Origin: a virus
IMG/VR virus record: IMGVR_UViG_3300045988_138690
Span: 1-64,000 of that record
DNA: 64,000 nt
Reading direction: 5' to 3' (one strand)
Below, in pieces: positions 1-6,634 of the stretch (positions are counted from its first letter, which is position 1; each line of letters opens with the position of its first letter). The notes below the pieces were generated by a model that did not search any database, had not been told where the DNA came from, and saw only the letters and a list, made by a program, of their open reading frames with translations. The position numbers were made by a program, and so were the translations under genes.

Positions 1-101
1 CAGGCTTCCACCGTTGCACTGCCGCAGGCTTTCACCGTTGCACTGTCGTAGGCTTTCACCGTTGCACTGCCGTAGGCTTTCACCGTTGCACTGCCGCAGG
101 C
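1..101. repeat. 24-bp tandem repeat, about 4.2 copies, truncated by the window edge
   Basis: Units at 1-24, 25-48, 49-72, 73-96 (CAGGCTTYCACCGTTGCACTGYCG-like) plus 5 nt. Unit length is a multiple of 3. The repeat lies inside minus-strand CDS 1..360, where each unit encodes a GSATVKAY-type octapeptide. Confidence 0.9.
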
Positions 102-360
102 AAAAGATACAGTTCTTACCTCATGGCATTTTTGTGTATAGATACCAGCTTCCGAAAGTTCTTCCTCGGTAAAATTTTCTTCGAGATATATTGCATCAAC
201 TATCTTTGCATCTCTTAATACCCAAAACCAGTTAGCGGTGATGGCTTTTAATAGATCAGCCTTATTTTGAGCATCAAGCCCCATTCTGTAACCGTTTTGA
301 CAGGCATTTGCATTTTTTGCCCTGTTCAATAGTTCTTCTTTTAATTCTTCAAATGTTTTC
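1..360 (-). CDS. hypothetical repeat protein, C-terminal part outside the window; same architecture as 30486..30995
   Basis: ATG at 360-358. My translation MKTFEELKEELLNRAKNANACQNGYRMGLDAQ...FACGSATVKAYGSATVKAYDSATVKACGSATVEA stays open to the window edge. It is absent from the ORF track because no stop lies in the window. Confidence 0.7.
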
Positions 361-388
361 ATATAATTGTTATTAATGATTTCCAACT

Positions 389-420
389 AAAAACCGGACT
401 ATCTTCACAGACTGTCCGGC
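389..420 (-). terminator. intrinsic terminator, minus strand
   Basis: CCGGAC 394-399 pairs with GTCCGG 414-419. A run of A at 389-393 on the + strand gives T5 after the hairpin on the minus strand. Confidence 0.6.
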
Positions 421-997
421 TAAAACCTAAACTAAAAATTTATAGTGTTTTGTCTGAAACACCGCCCGTACAAGGGTAAAGGGGTAGCTTGCACATCGCA
501 TCCCTCACGGCTTTTAGTACGGAATAGCACTGACCTTTGCTGCGGTAGTTCCCCTCAACGTAACAATACGTGTTTAGCCTTTAAGCATGCCCGAATTTGA
601 CGGGAGGGGATATATCAAAATGAATTTCTTCATTAGTCATTATACCTCTATGCGTTGGTGGTGCCCCATTCCGACCTATTACTTACCCGTTACAAGGACT
701 TCGGTACATAGAGTGTTTCATTAACTTAATCACGCTGCTGCCTTATGCTCGCATTCACCTCTCAATGAATGGTTGTCGCAATCGGTTGCTTATACGCTAT
801 ACATCGCTTCGGCTATTTGTATAATAGATATACTGCTTATCAGCGCAGGCTAATTTTACGTGCCCTGAACACGGTTTCGTTTTTGAGGGTTAAACTTCCC
901 ATCCCGAATACTATCATCGGTTTAGTTTGCTCCCGCCCGGTTCTCGCTACCGGAAACCGTTCAATCCGACCACGGGAATTTAATGTGGTATCGTGTC
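421..997 (-). ncRNA. candidate large structured noncoding RNA or structured 3' UTR; family unknown, strand uncertain
   Basis: No credible ORF. Many nested complementary segments: 445-450/457-462, 466-471/517-522, 551-556/604-609, 646-652/707-713, 799-803/818-822. Visibly more G+C-rich than the flanks. Bounded by the stop codon at 998 and the terminator at 389-420. Confidence 0.35.
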
Positions 998-1222
998 CTA
1001 TTCGATGCTGTCGTAGTAGGACTGGTGCAACCTGTACTCCTCTATCACATCATCGGCATCATTGCCTACCTTCTCTACTATTTCATCGTATGCGGCACAA
1101 GAGATGCTTTGCATTACAGCTTCCTGATAATCGCATTTGCCCGCAATACCAAGCATGAAAAAGAAAGCAATCATACCAGCAACGAACATTATAACCTGTC
1201 TTGTCAATCTGTTCATATCCAT
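998..1222 (-). CDS. small membrane protein (one N-terminal TM segment, acidic C-terminus)
   Basis: ORF track 74 aa. Hydrophobic run VIMFVAGMIAFFFMLGIAG. Lies in the same-strand operon as 1242..1535. Confidence 0.5.
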   Translation of the reverse strand: MDMNRLTRQVIMFVAGMIAFFFMLGIAGKCDYQEAVMQSISCAAYDEIVEKVGNDADDVIEEYRLHQSYYDSIE

Positions 1223-1241
1223 ATCATTTACTTGTTAATTA

Positions 1242-1535
1242 TTATCTCCATGAACTGTCACGGTATCTCAATTCAGGGTTCAGGTCTACCAAAGCCTGTC
1301 TGAAATTGTTATCCGGTTTCTGATAATCTTGATACATGGGGGAAACCTGTGCTTTAAATTCATCCATTTTCAGATGGGCGTCACACCATGCCATTTTTAA
1401 GCCACTTGAAAGATGGTATTTATAATTACACACATACGCATAAGCCCTCTGCATGATGGCACGATGGTTGTATCTGCCATTCTTTATTAGATCGTAATCC
1501 CTATAAGTCATTTTTCGAGAAGTTTTATAATCCAT
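1242..1535 (-). CDS. hypothetical protein
   Basis: ORF track 97 aa. 19-nt spacer to the downstream gene. No motif recognised. Confidence 0.55.
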   Translation of the reverse strand: MDYKTSRKMTYRDYDLIKNGRYNHRAIMQRAYAYVCNYKYHLSSGLKMAWCDAHLKMDEFKAQVSPMYQDYQKPDNNFRQALVDLNPELRYRDSSWR

Positions 1536-1610
1536 CGTTTCTTACAAAATCTATCATTCCTGATATGAATACTATTATCTGTTTACCTGTCCTGTTTATA
1601 GTAGTATTTT

Positions 1611-1859
1611 TTATCTATCCATATATTCAATAAGACCGTTCTTGGAGAACATCAACTTTTTCCCTGTCTTTATATGAGGGAACTCGTCTTTCCTGTTGCG
1701 GAATGTTTTTACGCTTAACCCTACAAAAGAAGCGGCTTCTTTTGCATCCAGATATTCATCCGTATGCTTCTTTACGACATCCGATATGTAAGATTTCATA
1801 TTCTTACTTATCAACTTGTAAAGCTCTTCCGCAATCAAACTAGCGTCTGAACGTGTCAT
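1611..1859 (-). CDS. helix-turn-helix DNA-binding protein, excisionase/MerR-like HTH
   Basis: C-terminal EYLDAKEAASFVGLSVKTFRNRKDEFPHIKTGKKLMFSKNGLIEY resembles excisionase-family HTH domains. Its start overlaps the stop of 1856..2062 by 4 nt. Confidence 0.55.
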   Translation of the reverse strand: MTRSDASLIAEELYKLISKNMKSYISDVVKKHTDEYLDAKEAASFVGLSVKTFRNRKDEFPHIKTGKKLMFSKNGLIEYMDR

Positions 1860-2062
1860 TTCCGTACTGCTTCAATGGTTAACTCCAGCTTGTCCTTATT
1901 GACGGAAGTCCTGTACTTTTCCACGTCAATAGGTTTTTCTCTGGATTTTGAAAGCTGGTATGCATAAGTTTTCGCAGAATTGATGGACTCGTAATCATCC
2001 ATGTGAAACATTATGGATGTACCCGCTTTAATTCCCAAAATGTCTTTCTTTCCTATTTTCAT
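1856..2062 (-). CDS. hypothetical protein
   Basis: ORF track 68 aa. First gene of the minus-strand operon below the promoter/operator at 2216-2249. Confidence 0.5.
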   Translation of the reverse strand: MKIGKKDILGIKAGTSIMFHMDDYESINSAKTYAYQLSKSREKPIDVEKYRTSVNKDKLELTIEAVRK

Positions 2063-2215
2063 ACTATTTTCTATGTTTATTTAGATTTTATACATGAATT
2101 ATTTGCAAATAAGAAAGCTAACGGTTATATTTGTCGGTGAGATATGTATTTGCGACTTGTAAGAGCCGCTGCTTTCTTTTTATGTCAAATCGCTTAATTG
2201 ATTAATTGATTGACA

Positions 2216-2249
2216 ATGCAAAGATAGTCCTATTATTTGGACTGCAAAA
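2216..2249. promoter_or_regulatory. promoter/operator copy 1 (operator type A, AGTCC-N8-GGACT) with a minus-strand -7 box
   Basis: 33 of 34 nt identical to 3984-4017. Inverted repeat AGTCC 2226-2230 / GGACT 2239-2243. CAAAGATA 2219-2226 equals TATCTTTG (TAnnTTTG) on the minus strand. Confidence 0.6.
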
Positions 2250-2280
2250 ATGTATAGTCTTTTTTTTGGGACTATTTTAT

Positions 2281-2297
2281 ATGTTATAAAACATGTT
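2281..2297. promoter_or_regulatory. operator type B copy 1 (ATGTTATAAAACATGTT)
   Basis: 16 of 17 nt identical to 32085-32101 and 15 of 17 to 4765-4781. Contains inverted ATGTT/AACAT and the palindrome AACATGTT. Lies just upstream of + gene 2310..2921. Confidence 0.55.
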
Positions 2298-2309
2298 TTG
2301 TGTAATTGA

Positions 2310-2921
2310 TTGATTATTAGATATATGAATAAGTATAGAAACATGTTATCACTGGCATTATCTGTAACTGCTATTGCAATATCCATAATTGCGCTATGCA
2401 GGGTGTATCCGCACACCTCTGATTTGAGAATGGATTATCAAGGGGTGATAATTGGAATATTGGCGTTGCTGGTTACGGTACTTGTTGGGATTAACTTATA
2501 TACGTTGGTGGATTTAGGCAGGGCAAGAAAAGATGTAGATGAAATGAAAAAGGAAATGGATAAGAAGGAAATGGAAATATATATCCGTTCAGAAAAGAAC
2601 TTGATAGAGTTCCACATGGCTGTCTTGTTGATGCACATATCAAAGGATAATAAAGATTACAATGATGCTTATCAGATTGTTTTAAGCGGATTGTCTGCTA
2701 TGATACATCAAAGTAGAATAGGGCTTTACAAAGATTGTGAGATAACAGCGAGGTCTATATTAGTAGAAAAAGAAACAATATCAATGCTGAAAATAAGCAA
2801 GCAATCAAAAGAAGTATTGCTGAATATGATGGTTGATATAAAGGACGTTCAGAAAATTGGTTGTTATACTGATTTAATGCACGCTTTATACTCTGTCGTT
2901 CCCGTTCAGTCATACGCATAG
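2310..2921 (+). CDS. membrane protein (two N-terminal TM segments plus a soluble domain); possible prophage-expressed moron
   Basis: ORF track 203 aa, alternative ATG at 2325. TM runs LSLALSVTAIAISIIALC and GVIIGILALLVTVLVGINLY. AT-rich. Opposite strand to its neighbours. Confidence 0.55.
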   Translation: MIIRYMNKYRNMLSLALSVTAIAISIIALCRVYPHTSDLRMDYQGVIIGILALLVTVLVGINLYTLVDLGRARKDVDEMKKEMDKKEMEIYIRSEKNLIEFHMAVLLMHISKDNKDYNDAYQIVLSGLSAMIHQSRIGLYKDCEITARSILVEKETISMLKISKQSKEVLLNMMVDIKDVQKIGCYTDLMHALYSVVPVQSYA

Positions 2922-3024
2922 TTGATACATAGACTTGAAGTAATGAATCGCATAGTTGTTTGTTTTTCTTCTTTTTCATAATTCGTTCTTTGAAATGTTT
3001 ACAATCGGTTAATAATATAATTCT

Positions 3025-3429
3025 ATGGATAAAAATTTTGTTTTAATGTGTAAAGTTGCTACGGAGTATATTGTTAAAAACAACATTATATCCCGTAATG
3101 AGTGCGAAAAGATGTTCGCTGATAATGGGAAACGGGTATTTGAATATCTAAAAAGTTCCGGTATAGGAAAATCCGCAGGTTCAAGTCTATGTGTAACGAA
3201 AGAAGCCAAAAGGCTTGTGGCCAATAAGTATTTCGACAATATAATAGAGGAAGCAGAAAAAGAAGAATATGACCGTAATCTGTCAAACAAGAGCAATGAA
3301 GCGAATATAAAATCTAATATCATAGCTAAATGGGCTTTGTTTATTTCAATAATATCAGCAACAGGATTGCCACAATACTTGTTGAAATGGATATATAAGA
3401 CAATAGTTTCAATCGTTTCATCCCAATAA
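3025..3429 (+). CDS. hypothetical protein with a C-terminal TM segment
   Basis: ORF track 134 aa. C-terminal WALFISIISATGLPQYLL. Follows 2310..2921 on the same strand. Confidence 0.45.
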   Translation: MDKNFVLMCKVATEYIVKNNIISRNECEKMFADNGKRVFEYLKSSGIGKSAGSSLCVTKEAKRLVANKYFDNIIEEAEKEEYDRNLSNKSNEANIKSNIIAKWALFISIISATGLPQYLLKWIYKTIVSIVSSQ

Positions 3430-3526
3430 GAAGTAGTTCGGTATTAAGTTTTACTATTAACTCATTCAAAGATTTCTTGTCTTCAACTTCATCTGTTATC
3501 TTAATGTAATCATCTGTTGTTTCCAT
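3341..3526 (-). CDS. hypothetical small protein (acidic N-terminus, hydrophobic C-terminus)
   Basis: ORF track 61 aa. Overlaps the 3' end of 3025..3429, so only one of the two may be real across 3341-3429. Confidence 0.3.
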   Translation of the reverse strand: METTDDYIKITDEVEDKKSLNELIVKLNTELLLIGMKRLKLLSYISISTSIVAILLLILLK

Positions 3527-3980
3527 ATATATTCTAATTTAATTATGTATATTGTTATTCAATTAAGTAATTATCAAGTAAACGTCTCACTCGGTTAAGG
3601 TGCTGAATGCTGCATAGTTCGCCCTTTAGAGGGTTTTACGCCTCTTGGCTATTAGCAGCATTCAAACAGTCATCGCTCGTATAAAGTACGCCGTTTTTAG
3701 CTGGATGGCATTAACAAGTCACCATCTTCCCGGACTTTTCGCTTACTTGTCGCTGTGAAGGCACTCCGGTTTCGTTCGCCTCTCGATTTCTCACACCCAC
3801 GCAGTATCGAGTTTTAGGAGCACAACCCTCTGTCTCTCTGCTTATGCAGCCTACCGCCGATTGTACAACTGGCTTTAAATAGAAAGCCCCGTAATAGGTA
3901 CGAGCTATTACAGGGCAATCATATATAAACTCCGGAAGGAGAATGTTTAATCAATGTCTGGTAACATCTCGTACTTGTTA
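3527..3980 (-). ncRNA. candidate structured RNA or very long structured 5' leader, transcribed leftwards from the -7 box at 3987-3994
   Basis: About 450 nt without an ORF downstream of a consensus promoter. 10-bp stem TGAATGCTGC 3604-3613 / GCAGCATTCA 3655-3664 with nested helices. G+C-enriched by eye. Confidence 0.35.
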
Positions 3981-3983
3981 CGG

Positions 3984-4017
3984 ATGCAAAGATAGTCCTA
4001 TTATTTGGACTACAAAA
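3984..4017. promoter_or_regulatory. promoter/operator copy 2 (operator type A) with a minus-strand -7 box
   Basis: Near-identical to 2216-2249. AGTCC 3994-3998 / GGACT 4007-4011. CAAAGATA 3987-3994 equals TATCTTTG on the minus strand, with TTTG 18 nt upstream. Lies 26 nt upstream of HTH gene 4037..4444. Confidence 0.6.
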
Positions 4018-4036
4018 CAAATGGGAGATTTTTTTT

Positions 4037-4444
4037 ATGAATGATGTAACAAACAGATTTGTACGCACCTATAAAGAAATGGGGCTTACCGGTTATAGGA
4101 TGGGAAAGGATTGTTCTTCTATAACCAAACAGAAAATATCAAATATAGAAAAAGGAATTACCGAAGTTACTGCCGATATTCTTGCAGATTTTGCTTTGGC
4201 TTATGAAAATGTCAACGCCAATTACATCCTCACCGGGAAAGGCAATATGTTCCTGAATAATGAAGAAAATATGGAGTCTTCTACAGACATCGGAGCAATC
4301 GGGCTTACCTACGATGAGCTGGCAAGATTATATGAGACAACTGTATCACGTTATGAAAGGCTTATTGAACACATGAAGATGAAGTTTGAAACTCTTGAAC
4401 GTGCATTTATGGATGCGAAGGAAACTTTCGACAGAGGAGCGTAG
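4037..4444 (+). CDS. XRE-type HTH regulator, repressor candidate
   Basis: N-terminal YKEMGLTGYRMGKDCSSITKQKISNIEKG...ANYILTGKGNMF matches the HTH_3 pattern ending in the L-T-G-x-G motif. The C-terminal part looks helical. Confidence 0.6.
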   Translation: MNDVTNRFVRTYKEMGLTGYRMGKDCSSITKQKISNIEKGITEVTADILADFALAYENVNANYILTGKGNMFLNNEENMESSTDIGAIGLTYDELARLYETTVSRYERLIEHMKMKFETLERAFMDAKETFDRGA

Positions 4445-4494
4445 AAATAAAAAAAGCTTCGTATTCCGAAGCCTTTATGTTCAAGTGAAACCAT

Positions 4495-4689
4495 TTATGC
4501 ACCTTTGGTCTTGAGATGAAGTATCTTCATTTCATAACTCACTTGTTTGTTTTGTATTTGCAGCTCTTTCTCAAGAACTGATATCCTTTCATAGGCAAGT
4601 TCCAGATCTTCAGACATTCGCATAGACTGTTGCATGAGGACTTTAATTTGCTTCATGAGGCGGAATACGGAAAGGTTAACTTCTTCCAT
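4495..4689 (-). CDS. small coiled-coil protein, paralog of 33691..33867
   Basis: LMKQIKVLMQQSMRMSEDLELAYERISVLEKE aligns with LIKQNRMLMQQLLRISEDLELAQEKIAKLEKS (about 20 of 31 identical), and both carry a later MKIL. Confidence 0.55.
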   Translation of the reverse strand: MEEVNLSVFRLMKQIKVLMQQSMRMSEDLELAYERISVLEKELQIQNKQVSYEMKILHLKTKGA

Positions 4690-4747
4690 GATGTTTTATA
4701 GTTTAAAAGTTTGTTGATGTATTTAATACAACATTAATATTTTAAAA

Positions 4748-4781
4748 ATGTTCAATGTTCATATATGTTATTGAACATGTT
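4748..4781. promoter_or_regulatory. operator type B copy 2 within a larger palindrome
   Basis: ATGTTCAAT 4748-4756 is inverted at ATTGAACAT 4770-4778. ATGTTATTGAACATGTT at 4765-4781 matches 2281-2297 and 32085-32101. Sits between divergent genes 4495..4689 and 4817..5155. Confidence 0.55.
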
Positions 4782-4816
4782 CCAAAAGATTTAATTTATT
4801 ACAAAATAGTATTTTG

Positions 4817-5155
4817 ATGGAAAATAAGGATAATGCCGCATTACGTTTGCGGCAATTTGTGATGTATGCTAAAAGAGAAAAGCTTATAAAAAGCATTCGC
4901 CAGTTTGAGGGAATATGCGGCTTGTCAAATGGATACGTGAATGTTTATTTACGAAAAGACCACGGTAATTTAGGAAGTGACAACATAGGTCGAATATCCA
5001 AAAATTTTCCAATGTTAAATCTATACTGGCTATGCACCGGAGAAGGGGAAATGCTAAATTACGGGAGCCGGGAAAGGGAATATAAAGAGGTAATGGACAT
5101 CATATCAGAATTGCAAGAAGCCGTTAAAAAATTAAGGACGGACAATAATAAATAG
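4817..5155 (+). CDS. HTH regulator, Cro/antirepressor-side candidate
   Basis: IRQFEGICGLSNGYVNVYL...NLYWLCTGEGEM shows the typical HTH with a W-L-x-T-G-E-G tail. ATG at 4817; the track starts at a TTG at 4814. Confidence 0.55.
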   Translation: MENKDNAALRLRQFVMYAKREKLIKSIRQFEGICGLSNGYVNVYLRKDHGNLGSDNIGRISKNFPMLNLYWLCTGEGEMLNYGSREREYKEVMDIISELQEAVKKLRTDNNK

Positions 5156-5161
5156 AACAAA

Positions 5162-5412
5162 TGTGATACCATAATTATTTTATTAATCGCATCGTATTGA
5201 AAATCAAATCAATGCAATAAGCGCATAGTCCCGTACGCACCGCTATAATAGGGACGAGAAAATCGCCCCTATTTTGTTGTATATCAGATTGTTGTACAAT
5301 AGTGTATACCATAAATAATGCGCAATTCGCATAAAAAACAGTGCCCGATTGTGCCTTTTTATGCCCGATTGTGCCCAATAAAAAGAGATTATGTGTTACC
5401 TTGTGTGATACC
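5162..5412. promoter_or_regulatory. attP-like region: repeated arm-type motifs around an imperfect inverted repeat
   Basis: TGTGATACC at 5162-5170 and 5404-5412. TGTATACCATAA at 5303-5314. Direct repeat TGCCCGATTGTGCC at 5342-5355 and 5362-5375. Inverted repeat AATAGGGACGA 5247-5257 / TCGCCCCTATT 5263-5273. Immediately upstream of int. Confidence 0.4.
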
Positions 5413-5443
5413 GATTTTCGTTCGATGCCTAAAAACTTACAAA

Positions 5444-6586
5444 ATGAAATATCCAACATTAAGGTTTGTCTTTGACCGGAAAAAGACCGCAACAAAAAGC
5501 CATAAGGCTTCCGTTCAGATAGAAGTCCTAAGTGAACGGAGAAGGAAATTCATAGGTACAGGCGTAAAATTGTATTCAGACCAGTGGGATGAAAGAAAAA
5601 AGGTTGTTAATTCAATGCAGATGCATGAATTGAACCGAAGCCTTGATGAACAAATAAGGGTAATACAGGATTGGGTGAACGAGCTTATCCGTAAAAGAGA
5701 GCCGTTTGATTTTGACAGGCTTGATAAATTCATTAAGTTCACGAACAAATCGGAAAGTTTCATTGAATTTGCCGAAAGGAGATTGGAGGAAAGGCAGGAT
5801 ATAACAGAAAGCACAAAGAAGACACATCGTACATTCACGGAGTCACTTAGGTCGTTCGGCCGTATCAATTATTTTTCCGATTTGACTAAAGAAAATATAA
5901 CCATATATGATGACTGGCTGCATGGGAAAGGGTATTCCCAACCTACCATCCACAATTACCATAAGCGGATGAAGCGTTATGTAAACGAAGCGATAAAATT
6001 TGAATTAATCGATAAAAACCCGTATTCAGGGCTTCATTTCGAACGTGGAAGGCATCAGATAAGGAAATACCTTACGGAGGATGAGCTAAAAAGAATAATG
6101 GAAGTGGAAATACCGTCTAAAACCATTCAGCAGGTACGTGACTTGTTTGTTTTTCAGGCATACACCGGAATATCGTATGCAGACCTTGCAAAGTTTGACT
6201 TCAAGAATGATATCACAAAAATAAACGGAAAGCTGGTAATTCAGGATATCCGGCAAAAAACAGAAGAAAGTTATTTTATAGTACTCCTTTCTCCGGCGGT
6301 TGCCATATTAGAAAGATACGGATTTGTCCTTCCAATTATAAGTAACCAGCAATATAATTTAAGGCTTAAGATAGTGGCTGACTATGCCAAGATAGAAAAA
6401 AATCTAACCGTTCACATGGCGCGCCATACATTTGCTACAATGTGCTTGAATAACGGAGTAAGGATTGAAAATGTAAGCAGGATGTTAGGTCACTCCAACA
6501 TAAGGACAACACAGGAATATGCGAAGGTACTTAATTCTGAGGTAGAAAAGTCATTCGACCTTCTGGAAAGAATGATAAAAAAATAG
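5444..6586 (+). CDS. int: tyrosine integrase, Bacteroides phage/CTn type with an N-terminal arm-binding domain
   Basis: The start MKYPTLRFVFDRKK at ATG 5444 is the typical arm-domain start. The C-terminal HMARHTFATMCLNNGVRIENVSRMLGHSNIRTTQEYAKV carries the H-x-x-R ... H ... Y catalytic signature. Confidence 0.9.
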   Translation: MKYPTLRFVFDRKKTATKSHKASVQIEVLSERRRKFIGTGVKLYSDQWDERKKVVNSMQMHELNRSLDEQIRVIQDWVNELIRKREPFDFDRLDKFIKFTNKSESFIEFAERRLEERQDITESTKKTHRTFTESLRSFGRINYFSDLTKENITIYDDWLHGKGYSQPTIHNYHKRMKRYVNEAIKFELIDKNPYSGLHFERGRHQIRKYLTEDELKRIMEVEIPSKTIQQVRDLFVFQAYTGISYADLAKFDFKNDITKINGKLVIQDIRQKTEESYFIVLLSPAVAILERYGFVLPIISNQQYNLRLKIVADYAKIEKNLTVHMARHTFATMCLNNGVRIENVSRMLGHSNIRTTQEYAKVLNSEVEKSFDLLERMIKK

Positions 6587-6591
6587 GAAAA

Positions 6592-6630
6592 TTAGGAGAC
6601 CGAACGAATTAAATGGTCTCCTAATCTTTT
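6592..6630. terminator. bidirectional intrinsic terminator
   Basis: TTAGGAGACC 6592-6601 pairs with GGTCTCCTAA 6615-6624. T-rich on the 3' side and A-rich on the 5' side. Sits between convergent genes. Confidence 0.7.
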
Positions 6631-6634
6631 ACGC

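Noticed and set aside
1-101. Possible CRISPR array at the window start
   Set aside because: The 24-bp units are directly adjacent with no spacers, are in frame, and encode octapeptide repeats of a minus-strand CDS.
769-1303. Plus-strand ORFs 769..1158 and 983..1303 as real genes
   Set aside because: They overlap each other and the better-supported minus-strand gene 998..1222. Their composition is odd (Cys/Arg/His-rich). They have no plausible start context. They fall in the region better explained as structured RNA.
3725-3870. RNase P RNA-like strings on the minus strand (AAAGTCCGGG and GGTAGGCTGC)
   Set aside because: The two strings occur in the wrong 5'-to-3' order relative to bacterial RNase P RNA. 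The other universally conserved segments, such as the ACAGAA-type segment near the 3' end, are absent.
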